DNA of 39,891 nt from Pseudomonadota bacterium (GTDB taxonomy: Bacteria > Bdellovibrionota_G > JALEGL01 > DATDPG01). Where the stretch lies: NCBI GenBank assembly GCA_043804515.1, contig JAZDIZ010000085.1:1-39891 (forward strand), read 5' to 3'. Under the pieces are notes generated by a model. That model searched no databases and was not told the origin of the DNA. It saw only the letters and a program-made list of their open reading frames with translations. A program made the translations under genes and the position numbers. Shown in pieces: positions 8,940 to 18,000 of the stretch. Position 1 is the first letter of the stretch. Every line of letters starts with the position of its first letter.

Positions 8940-10687
8940 CGTTCGCCCACCTTATTCCCTTCTTCCGGAAAGGAGGCAACGGGAAAATAGAGTTCCTCGA
9001 TCGCTCGTTTGAATCGCTTGGCGATCTCCTGCCGGCGGATTTTCAGCGTGGGGGTGAGCTCGCCGGCATCGACCGTCCAATCGCAGGCCAACAATTCGAA
9101 CCGCTTGACGGTCTCAAAAGAGGAACGCGGGGCGTTAACCCGGGTCACAACTTCCTCGAACCAGGACCGGACCTGCGCGTGCCTCACAAGCTCCTCCCGG
9201 GTCGAAAAATCGATGCCGGCCCCGCGCGCCTTGTACGCCAGAACCTCGAAATTGGGGACGATCAGGGCCGCGATATAGTTCCTTCCCTCCCCCACAAGAC
9301 AGACGTGTTGGATCAGGGGGTCGGCTCTCAATTCGCTCTCGATCGGTTGCGGCGCCACCTTTTTTCCGCCGGAGGTCACAATGAGATCTTTTTTCCGGTC
9401 GGTGATCCGGAGGTATCCCCCCCCGTCGATCTCTCCGATGTCGCCCGTAGCGAACCAGCCGTCGGAATCGATCGCCTCAACCGTAGCTTGCGGATCTTTG
9501 TAATACCCCTTCATGACGTTCGGGCCTCGGACCAGAATCTCCCCGTCCGGGGCGATCTTGACTTCCACGCCGGGAAGCGGGGGGCCAATCGTCCCGATTT
9601 TGTTCTTTCCCGGCCTGTTCACGCTGACGACCGGCGATGTCTCCGTCAGGCCGTATCCTTCCAGGATCGGGACACCGACGGCGTCAAAGAAGCGGGCGAT
9701 TTCGGGCGCCAGCGCCGCCCCTCCCGAAATCACGATCCGGGCACACCCACCGAATCCTTTCCGGACCCTGCGGAAGAAAACAAAATCGTAGAGCGGAAAA
9801 AGCGGATTCCGCTTCCCGGACCGGAGCGCCACTTCAAAAAGCCTGCGCAGGAGCCTCGGTTTCCGGGCAACCACCCCTCGGACGCGCGCGTGAAATTTTT
9901 CCAGCATCCGCGGCACGGTGATCAGAAACGTCGGGCGCACATCCAGGAGATCCTCCGCAAGGGTCGTCATGTCCCGCGCGAAAGAGATCGTGACGCCCTT
10001 GTAAAGCATCGCAAAAATCCCGGCCGTTCGCTCGAAAGCGTGACTCAAGGGAAGGAATGACAACGTCCGGTCCCCGCAGCCGACGTAAACGCAGGAGGTC
10101 GTGGCTTCGATGTTCGAGATGATGTTCGCGTGCGTGAGCATCACCCCTTTCGGGTCGCCGGTCGTCCCCGATGTGTAGATGATCGTCGCGACGTCGTCCG
10201 GACGAATCGCTTTCCGGCGGGCCGTGATTTCCGCGTCGGGCACCTTTTCTCCCTCGCGACGGAGTTCCTCGAACGTCGGGTCTCCGGCACCGAAACCCAC
10301 CAAAAGCTGGGAGGAACGTTTCCCCTCTGCCACCGCCTTGAAACACAACGGCGAAGCGAAGATCATCCTGGCTTCGCTGTGCTTCAGGATGAACCGAGCC
10401 GTTTCCATGCTGCCCGTGGAATAAATCGGAACCGTGACCGCGCCGACCCAAAGAGCGGCCAGATCGCAGACGATCCACTCCGGCCGGTTCTCGCTCATAA
10501 TGCAGATCCGATCGCCGGGCGCAGTTCCGCGGGCGACCAACCCTTTGGCCACGGCGTTCACGGCCGCAGCGAGATTCGCGTACGAAAACTCTTTCCAGTC
10601 CTCCCCTTCTTTCCAGCGGAGCGCCACCCGATCTGCATGGCACTTGAGGGCCGAGCCGAAGAGATCGACGAGCGTCACAAAGTCCAT
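8936..10687 (-). CDS. fadD: long-chain fatty acid-CoA ligase (AMP-binding)
   Basis: IIYTSGTTGDPKGVMLTH, EGYGLTETSP, TGDIG, DRKKDLIVTSGGKKVAPQPIE; stop overlaps the fadI start; ATG 10687 preferred. Confidence 0.92.
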   Translation of the reverse strand: MDFVTLVDLFGSALKCHADRVALRWKEGEDWKEFSYANLAAAVNAVAKGLVARGTAPGDRICIMSENRPEWIVCDLAALWVGAVTVPIYSTGSMETARFILKHSEARMIFASPLCFKAVAEGKRSSQLLVGFGAGDPTFEELRREGEKVPDAEITARRKAIRPDDVATIIYTSGTTGDPKGVMLTHANIISNIEATTSCVYVGCGDRTLSFLPLSHAFERTAGIFAMLYKGVTISFARDMTTLAEDLLDVRPTFLITVPRMLEKFHARVRGVVARKPRLLRRLFEVALRSGKRNPLFPLYDFVFFRRVRKGFGGCARIVISGGAALAPEIARFFDAVGVPILEGYGLTETSPVVSVNRPGKNKIGTIGPPLPGVEVKIAPDGEILVRGPNVMKGYYKDPQATVEAIDSDGWFATGDIGEIDGGGYLRITDRKKDLIVTSGGKKVAPQPIESELRADPLIQHVCLVGEGRNYIAALIVPNFEVLAYKARGAGIDFSTREELVRHAQVRSWFEEVVTRVNAPRSSFETVKRFELLACDWTVDAGELTPTLKIRRQEIAKRFKRAIEELYFPVASFPEEGNKVGER

Positions 10688-10748
10688 CTTACGGATCCGG
10701 GTCAACAGAGGAAGGGATTTGAATTTGCCGGGACCGTCAGCACCGTTC

Positions 10749-10787
10749 ACCCGAAGATCCGAGGTTCAAGTCCAAGCCCCGCCACCA
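10749..10787 (+). pseudogene. degenerate 3' half of initiator tRNA-Met (att-like scar)
   Basis: A-CCCGA-AGATC-CGAGG-TTCAAGT-CCAAG-CCCCGCC-A-CCA follows the exact register of the tRNA-fMet 3' half. The T-stem has two mismatches, and the 5' half and CAT anticodon are absent. Confidence 0.65.
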
Positions 10788-10802
10788 AAATTGATTCTGG
10801 TT

Positions 10803-10832
10803 GGGACCGCCAATTGAAGCTACGTCGAACCT
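10803..10832 (+). repeat. 49-bp repeat family, copy C (right half only)
   Basis: GGGACCGCCAATTGAAGCTACGTCGAACCT, 27/30 identical to 154-183. Confidence 0.8.
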
Positions 10833-10882
10833 GTCGCTTCGCTTATGGAGGTAGCAGACGCACGTCATACAAGACCTCCGGC

Positions 10883-11153
10883 TCAAGGAAGAAGCATGAA
10901 CCGGCGTTCAACGCCGGGGTCGGAGGATCGACTTCCGATTTCGAAGTGTCCAGCCTTCGAGGCAATCAGCTCGGTGATCTCACCGCTCCTTCGACGGATC
11001 CGAACCCTGACGTCGGCAATCTCGGTGTTGTGCGCGTACGAAGGACGTCCGTCCGGGTCGACGTAGTCCGCGCGAATCATGTCTCCCAGATCCGAATGAA
11101 ACTCTATTTCGATCTCGCCGTCTCCGGCCTTTCCTTGCACCTTGTAGGAACCA
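10883..11153 (-). pseudogene. probable C-terminal fragment of an uncharacterised protein
   Basis: Protein-like reading frame (…YVDPDGRPSYAHNTEIADV…GHFEIG…) whose 5' end runs into the antisense of the neighbouring symporter fragment; no independent start. Confidence 0.45.
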
Positions 11154-11747
11154 CTGGCGCTGAGCATTTCGATGACGGTGTTGACCACCTTCGGTGGCAT
11201 CGTAATGATGCCTCTTCTTCTCTTCCTTTACGCAACACCTTTTACGTCTCAAAAGCTGCAAATTCCCTATGGCAACATCGTGGTCACACTTCTCCTCGTT
11301 CTCGTCCCGGTGGTCTTCGGGATTTTGATCAGAAGGAAGAATCAGATCGTTGCGGCCGGAGTCGAGAAAGCCGGAAGTTTCGCAGGTATTGCCGTCTTGA
11401 TCTTGCTCATCATTAGCGGCCTTTTTCGCAATCTTGATCTCCTAAAACGGACGACTATCGACATGTATCTTTGTGCCACACTGTTGGGCGTCGTCGGATT
11501 TCTTATGGGATATATCTCGTCGAAGGTCTTCAGGATGTCGGAGAAAAGCGCCCGGGCCGTAGCTTTCGAAACGGGCATTCAAAACAGCCCGCTTGCGTTT
11601 GGCATCATCATCGCCAGCTTTCAGGGTGAAAACCAGATCGATATTCTCTGGCTACCCATGCTCTACGCTCTCATGGTCTTGCTTTCGGGGCTTTGCCTAA
11701 GTCTTGTCTTTCGAAGATGGCCAAAGGCAGGTCATCAGGCAGTCTGA
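11154..11747 (+). pseudogene. bile acid:Na+ symporter (BASS/SBF) family, N-terminally truncated
   Basis: LALSISMTVLTT...MMPLLLFLY...AFETGIQNSPLA motifs of the C-terminal two-thirds of a BASS protein; in-frame TAG at 11145-11147 just upstream. Confidence 0.75.
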
Positions 11748-11749
11748 TC

Positions 11750-11798
11750 GGTGCGACCCGCTCCATGTGGGGACCGCCGTGTGTGGCTACAGAGAACT
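11750..11798 (+). repeat. 49-bp repeat family, copy D
   Basis: GGTGCGACCCGCTCCATGTGGGGACCGCCGTGTGTGGCTACAGAGAACT, 34/49 identical to copy A, ungapped. Confidence 0.7.
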
Positions 11799-11930
11799 CT
11801 ACATGACTATAGATCTAGGCCGAGATGAGGAGGCCCTGGTCCAGGTTCGAATCTCCATACAACCATCCAAACCCTCACCCTCGAAGGCGGCTAAAACCCG
11901 GGAAAGAAACCGCCCCGGTCCGGCCAGAGC

Positions 11931-13349
11931 TTACGTATTCTTGTGGTACTCCCGCTCGATCTCTTCACCCGGGATGTTTTCGTCCAGGTATTTCGCGGGG
12001 TCCACATGCATCCACCGGTCATTCGTCCGCCGGCGGCAGATCCGGTGGATGTTGAGCAAGTGACGCGTGGAGATGTTGTCGGTGGTGCTGTTCTTGCCAC
12101 CCGATCCGCAGCTCAAGGTGAACGACGGAGGGAGCGTGTTGAAAATCCCGCCGAGCGCCCCTTGGGTGGAGGGGGTGTTGACCAGGATCCGCGCCACGTT
12201 GATCGCGTTGGCGAAGTACTCGATCCGTTCCGGATTGTTGGAATAGATTACCGCCGTGTGGCCGATGCCCCCGAACCGGGTGATCTCCTCACACCGGCGG
12301 ATGGAGCTTTCGAAATCGGGCTCGACATAGAAAGCCAAGATCGGCGCCAGGATCTCAGCGGAGAATGGGGAACCTCGGCAAACCTCTGAAAGTTGGACGA
12401 TCAGGACGGAGGTGTCGGGCGGAACCCGGATCCCGGCCATCTGGGCAATCTTCGTCACCGGCTGGCCCACCACGGCGGGGGACATCGTTCCCCGTTCGCG
12501 GTCGAAGGCGATCCGCTCCACCTTCTCGGTCTCCTCCGGCGACAGGAAATGCGCCTTCTGCCGTTTGAATTCCTCGATTACTTTCTCGGCTTCGGCGGTC
12601 TTGACTACCACCGCCTGCTCGCTGGCGCAGACCGATCCGTTGTCGAACGTCTTGGAGGAAAGGATGCTCCGGACGGCGAACGGGATGTCGGCGGAGGCCC
12701 CAATGTAGACCGGAACGTTTCCGGGTCCCACGCCAATCGTGGGAGTCCCGGAGCTGTATGAAGCGGCCACGAGCTCGCCGCTGCCGGTGGCCAGGATCAG
12801 CGCCAAACCCCGGTGGTGCATCAGTTCCTTGATGTTGGCCGGATTCGGTTTCTCGATCCACTGGATGCAATGTTCCGGAGCGCCGGCGGCCAAGACCGCC
12901 TGGTAACAAATCCGGGCGGCCTCCCCCGAGGAGTGACGTGACGTCGCCGTCGGGCTCAAGATCACAGGGTTCCGCGTCTTCAGGCAGATCAGGATCTTGA
13001 AGATCGTCGTGGCGGTCGGGTTGATGACGGGAACCAGAGCCAGGATCGGTCCCAGCGGCAGGGCCAGCTCGATAATCCCCGCCTGGGGATCCTCGGAGAT
13101 CACCCCCGCAGTCTTCCGGCTCCGGATATGTTCGTAGACCAGCTGCGCCGCGATCGCGTTCTTGATCACCTTGTCTTGCCAGACCCCCAGGCCGGTCTCC
13201 TCCGCTGCCATCTTAGCGAGGCGTACCCGGTGGTCCATCGCCGCCAGGTACGCCGACCGAAGGATCCGGTCGGTTTGCTGCTGGTCTACTTTCCGGAAGG
13301 CCTGTGCCGCCTCCTGAGCCCGGGCCATGATCTCGTCGGAGGTCGCCAT
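11931..13349 (-). CDS. CoA-acylating aldehyde dehydrogenase (stand-alone AdhE N-domain / EutE-like)
   Basis: EETGLGVWQDKVIKN, PVINPTAT, GVGPGNVP, SKTFDNGSVCASEQ, GHTAVIYS, SFTLSCGSGGKNSTTDNI; no alcohol dehydrogenase domain. Confidence 0.88.
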   Translation of the reverse strand: MATSDEIMARAQEAAQAFRKVDQQQTDRILRSAYLAAMDHRVRLAKMAAEETGLGVWQDKVIKNAIAAQLVYEHIRSRKTAGVISEDPQAGIIELALPLGPILALVPVINPTATTIFKILICLKTRNPVILSPTATSRHSSGEAARICYQAVLAAGAPEHCIQWIEKPNPANIKELMHHRGLALILATGSGELVAASYSSGTPTIGVGPGNVPVYIGASADIPFAVRSILSSKTFDNGSVCASEQAVVVKTAEAEKVIEEFKRQKAHFLSPEETEKVERIAFDRERGTMSPAVVGQPVTKIAQMAGIRVPPDTSVLIVQLSEVCRGSPFSAEILAPILAFYVEPDFESSIRRCEEITRFGGIGHTAVIYSNNPERIEYFANAINVARILVNTPSTQGALGGIFNTLPPSFTLSCGSGGKNSTTDNISTRHLLNIHRICRRRTNDRWMHVDPAKYLDENIPGEEIEREYHKNT

Positions 13350-13380
13350 AACGCTCCCTTAACTGCAGGGGACGCGAGAT

Positions 13381-13782
13381 TTAGCCGCAGCCGAGGGTCT
13401 TGCACAGCTTCTCGAGCTGCCCTTCCTTAGCCCACAAGATTGCGCGGAACTTCCCGCCGACAGCTATGGCACAGCAGGCATCAAGATCGACACCGGCGGT
13501 TCCGATTCGATCCAGCAACTCATGATAGGCTCCGAGACGATCACTCTCTTCACAGAGGCACGCCTTGGTCACCGTGTATTTGCATCCCGCCTTTTTCAGG
13601 GCAGCTTCCGTCTCCCTCGGGTTCTCGCCCAACACAAACGAGTACGCCTCGTTCCCATCCGTCCATGCCCACGTTCCGATCTGGTTGGCTCGCGCCTCGC
13701 GAAGATGTGAGAGGACTTTTGCCAATCCTCCCGGTCGGTTCTCGACTTTCACCTTACATACGCCGACGGTCGTCGATGTCAT
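13381..13782 (-). CDS. tandem ACT-domain protein, Cys-rich
   Basis: VENRPGGLAKVLSHLREARAN and ESDRLGAYHELLDRIGTAGVDL ACT repeats; strong GGAGGTGA RBS before ATG 13782. Confidence 0.75.
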   Translation of the reverse strand: MTSTTVGVCKVKVENRPGGLAKVLSHLREARANQIGTWAWTDGNEAYSFVLGENPRETEAALKKAGCKYTVTKACLCEESDRLGAYHELLDRIGTAGVDLDACCAIAVGGKFRAILWAKEGQLEKLCKTLGCG

Positions 13783-13837
13783 CTGATCACCTCCCTTGTG
13801 GAGACATGAGAACACCCGGGACACCGAACCGTCAACC

Positions 13838-13941
13838 TGAATCCCCTAAGGAACGCTAAGCGCCTCAGGGATTCAACTGGATCTAATCGCGGGACACGAC
13901 TGATTCCGAATTTCGCGTAATCCGATCCAGTCATGTGTCCC
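13838..13941. repeat. cluster of imperfect inverted repeats in a divergent intergenic region
   Basis: TGAATCCC...GGGATTCA (13838-13875); GGGACAC-GACTG...CAGTC-AT-GTGTCCC (13891-13941); ACTGGATC (13876-13883) / GATCCAGT (13924-13931). Confidence 0.55.
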
Positions 13942-14077
13942 CAGACTCTTTGAATCCGCTGCCGAAAATCCGCCGGAGAGGGACACAAACACCGCGCCTC
14001 AGGGCCGGAAAATCCATTAAAGTCCAACAAGGTCCCGCCCTGGTAAGATTCTGGCCTGGGCACGGTTATTGCTTGAA

Positions 14078-14941
14078 ATGCTGGAGATGCCCCCCAGGGT
14101 GCTCTCCATTTTTATCATCCTTGTCACCGGGTCTTTCGGATGCGGAAGCGCCGGCTCCCCAGCACATGTCTCGGATACGAACGTGGACTTCTCCCAGAAC
14201 CTGCCGACGTCGGTTCGTACGGACGACTCGTCCGGTGCGGCCTTCCCTGCCGAGGGAACGAGCCTAGACGACAATGCCAAGGCCGCTGAACTGCGCCTCA
14301 TGCTGCCCCAGGCAGTTGGCCCCGACGGGGCGTTCTTGGGCGGAATCCTTATGAAGGGCCAGACGGTTTCAAACCACGTTCTAGCTCAGCTGTACGACAA
14401 ATGGATTCTGATTCCCCCTGACTACCGTTTTCTCCGGGGCATCTTGTTCGCCTCCGGTGGCCAGGCGTCCTGTGGAGGGCAGAGCTTGTTCGACCGACGG
14501 CTCATTGTATTGAACACCCTAGGCTGTACGCGGGACGAGAATGTTGCATATATCTTTGTCCATGAGAACGGCCATCTGATCGAGCACTTCGGGATTCCGA
14601 TGACAGGAGTGCTCAATACCTACAAGGACATTTGTTTCGATCAGAAAGCCGGTTCCTGTTTTGTGGACAAGTTCCGCTGCTTTCTGCCGCGGGGGGATCT
14701 CTGCGATTTCAACCTCCCCTATTATATTCCCGGGGGAATGGTCGAGACCCCGCCCTGCTCTAAGACCGCCTCGCTGGCTGAATGCGGAGTGGAAGACTTC
14801 GCGAACCATTTCGTCCACTTCATGTTCCTTGGAGACCAATTCAGAGGGGTCGCTCGGGAAAAATCGGGGCTTGGGATGTCCGCCCTTCAGGAGAAGTATG
14901 TCTTCCTCCGGGATCGGATCTTTGCAGGAATGGAATTCTAA
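14078..14941 (+). CDS. putative lipoprotein zinc metallopeptidase (HExxH)
   Basis: Signal peptide ending SFG-C; FVHENGHLIEH and a downstream EDFANHF motif resembling the EDFAE third-ligand motif; Cys-rich insert; start uncertain (14069/14078/14087). Confidence 0.6.
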   Translation: MLEMPPRVLSIFIILVTGSFGCGSAGSPAHVSDTNVDFSQNLPTSVRTDDSSGAAFPAEGTSLDDNAKAAELRLMLPQAVGPDGAFLGGILMKGQTVSNHVLAQLYDKWILIPPDYRFLRGILFASGGQASCGGQSLFDRRLIVLNTLGCTRDENVAYIFVHENGHLIEHFGIPMTGVLNTYKDICFDQKAGSCFVDKFRCFLPRGDLCDFNLPYYIPGGMVETPPCSKTASLAECGVEDFANHFVHFMFLGDQFRGVAREKSGLGMSALQEKYVFLRDRIFAGMEF

Positions 14942-14951
14942 CTAGGCGTGG

Positions 14952-15000
14952 GGTTCAATCAGCTTCGCGCCGCAACCGCCACTGGTAGCTGCGTAGAACT
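14952..15000 (+). repeat. 49-bp repeat family, copy E
   Basis: GGTTCAATCAGCTTCGCGCCGCAACCGCCACTGGTAGCTGCGTAGAACT, 38/49 identical to copy A, ungapped. Confidence 0.8.
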
Positions 15001-15006
15001 TCGAAT

Positions 15007-18000
15007 GTGGAAATTGGGGGAGTCGACTGGAGCTACAGAAAATCTGTACGTGTCGGCGATTTTCCGATCTATGCTGTTCCTTCCGTGTTCATCGATCGTG
15101 TGGAAGTCAGGCCGATCCGGTCGGATCCCCTCCGGCACCCGCTGGCGGTGCAAGTCCGCAGATACCTGCGGGTTCCGGTCACCGGCGCCGAGATTTTTCC
15201 CGTCTATTGGATTCGTTCGAACGTGAAACCTCCGGACACGGTGATAGCCCGGTGGGCGGAGGACATCTTCTCGGATCCGGTCCTGCAGTCGGCGATCCAT
15301 TCCCGGCGGCCGCGGGACTATCGCTTCACCCGGGCGCCATCGTATGTTCTGGTCATCCGTTTCAAGCCGGGGGTAACCGATAACGTGGGACATTCCGCTA
15401 CCGAGGCGCTGGCGGTTGCGGCAGGTCGGAAGGCCGGAAACGGCGTGCGTGTCCATTCCGGGAAGATCGTGTTCCTCTACGGACGTTTGGACGCGTCCGA
15501 CTCGCAGCGAATCGCCGAGGGGTTCCTGGCCAATGCCTTGATCGAGGACGTCGACGTCTTCCCTTGGCGGGAGTTCAACACGTCGGCTCGGTTTCGGAAT
15601 CAACGCGTGCCCGAAGTTCATCTTCCCCCGGGCGTTCACACGGAACACATCTCTCTGAACCTCACGGACGGCGAATGGGAGGATCTCAGCACGAGGAATC
15701 TCTGGGCGCTGAGCCCGGGAGACTTTCATCGGATCCGAGCACATTTTGCCGGCGACGTCGTCCGGAAAGAACGTGTGCGGATCGGTCTAGGCCGCGAACC
15801 TACGGACGTGGAGATGGAAATCATCGCCCAGACATGGAGCGAGCACTGCAAGCACAGGATTTTCAATGCGCACATCGACTACACGGAAACTGCGGGGCCC
15901 GGCATTTTGCTTGGCGACAAAGCGATCGACGGGCTGTTCCCTACGTTCATCGCCGGCGTCACGCGGGCCATCGCCGACCGACGGCGGTTGAGCTGGCTGA
16001 TCAGCGTCTTTTCCGACAACGCGGGCGTCGTGCGTTTCGATCCGCACGTGGATCTGTGCGCGAAGGTGGAGACGCACAACACTCCGTCGGCCCTGGACCC
16101 GTACGGCGGGGCTCTCACGGGGATCTTGGGCGTGAACCGCGACATTCTGGGCTGCGGAATGGGCGCCCGGCCGATCGCGAACACGGATGTGTTCTGCTTC
16201 GCGCCGCCCGGGCGATGGGCGGAAAAAGAGCTGCCGATCGGGTTGAAGCACCCGCGCCGGATTCTGGAGGGGGTCCACGCGGGCGTGCAGGACGGCGGGA
16301 ACAAATCAGGGATTCCGACGGTGAACGGGGCTTTTTGGTTCGCTCCGGGGTATGCGGGAAAACCGCTGGTCTTCTGCGGCACGCTGGGGATACTTCCGAC
16401 ACAAGATATCGATGGCCGAGCCGCAGCCCGAAAAGCCGCCAAGGTCGGTGACATTCTCGTCATGGCCGGCGGCGCGATCGGGAAGGACGGGATCCATGGC
16501 GCCACGTTCAGTTCTCTGGAGCTGACGGAAGGCTCCCCCGCCACTGCGGTTCAGATCGGCGATCCGATGACACAGAAAAGGCTCCTGGACTTCATCCTGG
16601 AAGCCCGTGATGAGGGCCTGTATTCCTGTATTACGGACAACGGTGCGGGCGGGTTGAGTTCCTCGATCGGCGAGATGGCCCGGTTCACGAACGGCGCGCG
16701 CATCGATGTAGCGCGCGCGAAGACGAAATACCCGGGACTTAGGCCGTTCGAGCTGGTCGTGAGCGAGAGTCAGGAGCGCATGAGCCTGGCGGTCCCCCCG
16801 GACCGGCTCGATCGGTTCCGGGATCTGGCCGAACGGCGCGGTGTGGAAATCTCCGTGTTGGGTGAACTGACGGACTCAGGCGTGTTTCAGATCGATTTCG
16901 ACGGCAAGACCGTGGGATGCCTGGGCCTGGATTTCCTGCATGAGCCGCCTCTCCTGCGATTGACCGCAAGATGGTTCCGGCCCACGGATGCCCAGCTCGA
17001 TCTCATGGGCTACACGTTCGGAGGCGGTGAGAAGAGACCTCACCGAAAACCGGGGAACGGGACGCGTTTCTTGAAAGAATGTCTACTCGGTCTTCTGGCA
17101 AGGCCGAACATCTGCAGCAAGGAGAGCCTGGTACGGAGATACGATCACGAAGTCCAAGCCGCGACGCACATCAAACCCTTCGTGGGCCCGCGCGGGCGGG
17201 GGCCTTCCGATGCCGGAGTGATCTGGATGCACCCGCACGGAGGCGGTGAGCGCTCGGCGGTGGCCGTGGGTTGCGGGATTCAACCCGGCCTGTCCGACAT
17301 CGACACCTTCCGAATGGCTCAAGCCGCGTTGGACGAAGCGGTCCGGAACTGCGTGGCCGTGGGCGGGGACGTGGATCACACGGCGCTGGTGGACAACTTT
17401 TGCTGGCCCGATCCCGTGGAAACCCCGAAGAACCCGCTGGGAAGTTTCAAACTCGCCCAGCTCGTACGCGCCTGCCGGGGACTGTTCGATCTGGCCGACT
17501 GCTACGGAACCCCGTTCGTGAGCGGGAAAGACTCCATGAAGAACGACTTCGTCGGAAAGACGTCGGCCGGAAAGCCCGTGAAAATCAGCGTGCCCCCCAC
17601 ACTGCTCGTCACGGCCATTTCCCGCATCGAGGACATATCCTTCACGGTGACTTCCGAATTCAAGGAACCGGGACACCTGGTTTACCTCTTGGGCCGGACG
17701 GCGCGCGGTCTGGCGGGTTCCGAGCTCTCGCGAATGTTGGACCTCGCGGAGGCTGTACTTTGGGAGTTTGAACCGGAGACCGCTCTGACACTGTACCGCC
17801 GGATCTTCTCAGCTCACCGCCTTGGCCTTCTGAGGTCGTGTCACGACATCTCGGAAGGCGGGCTCCTCGTGGCGGCGGCCGAAGCAGCGATCGGCTCCAA
17901 TCTGGGCGTGCATCTGGAGATCGAAAAACCGGATGCGGAACATCTCCTGGAGTTCTGTTACGGTGAAGCGCCCGGCCGTTTTCTTGTGAGCGTGGAGCCC

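Noticed and set aside
10130..11416. 428-aa + strand ORF
   Set aside because: Antisense to fadD, crosses the tRNA scar and repeat C, and has no protein-like motifs
11843..11868. GGTTCGAATC T-loop-like motif after repeat D
   Set aside because: The T-stem does not pair and the spacing to CCA is off; not a tRNA remnant
134..15000. 49-bp repeats as integron attC sites or a CRISPR array
   Set aside because: The ends read GTTC...GAAC rather than RYYYAAC...GTTRRRY. Copies are kilobases apart with no regular spacers, and there is no intI or cas gene in the window.
14942..15090. Purine or ZTP riboswitch upstream of purL
   Set aside because: No recognisable aptamer consensus; most of the gap is taken by repeat E
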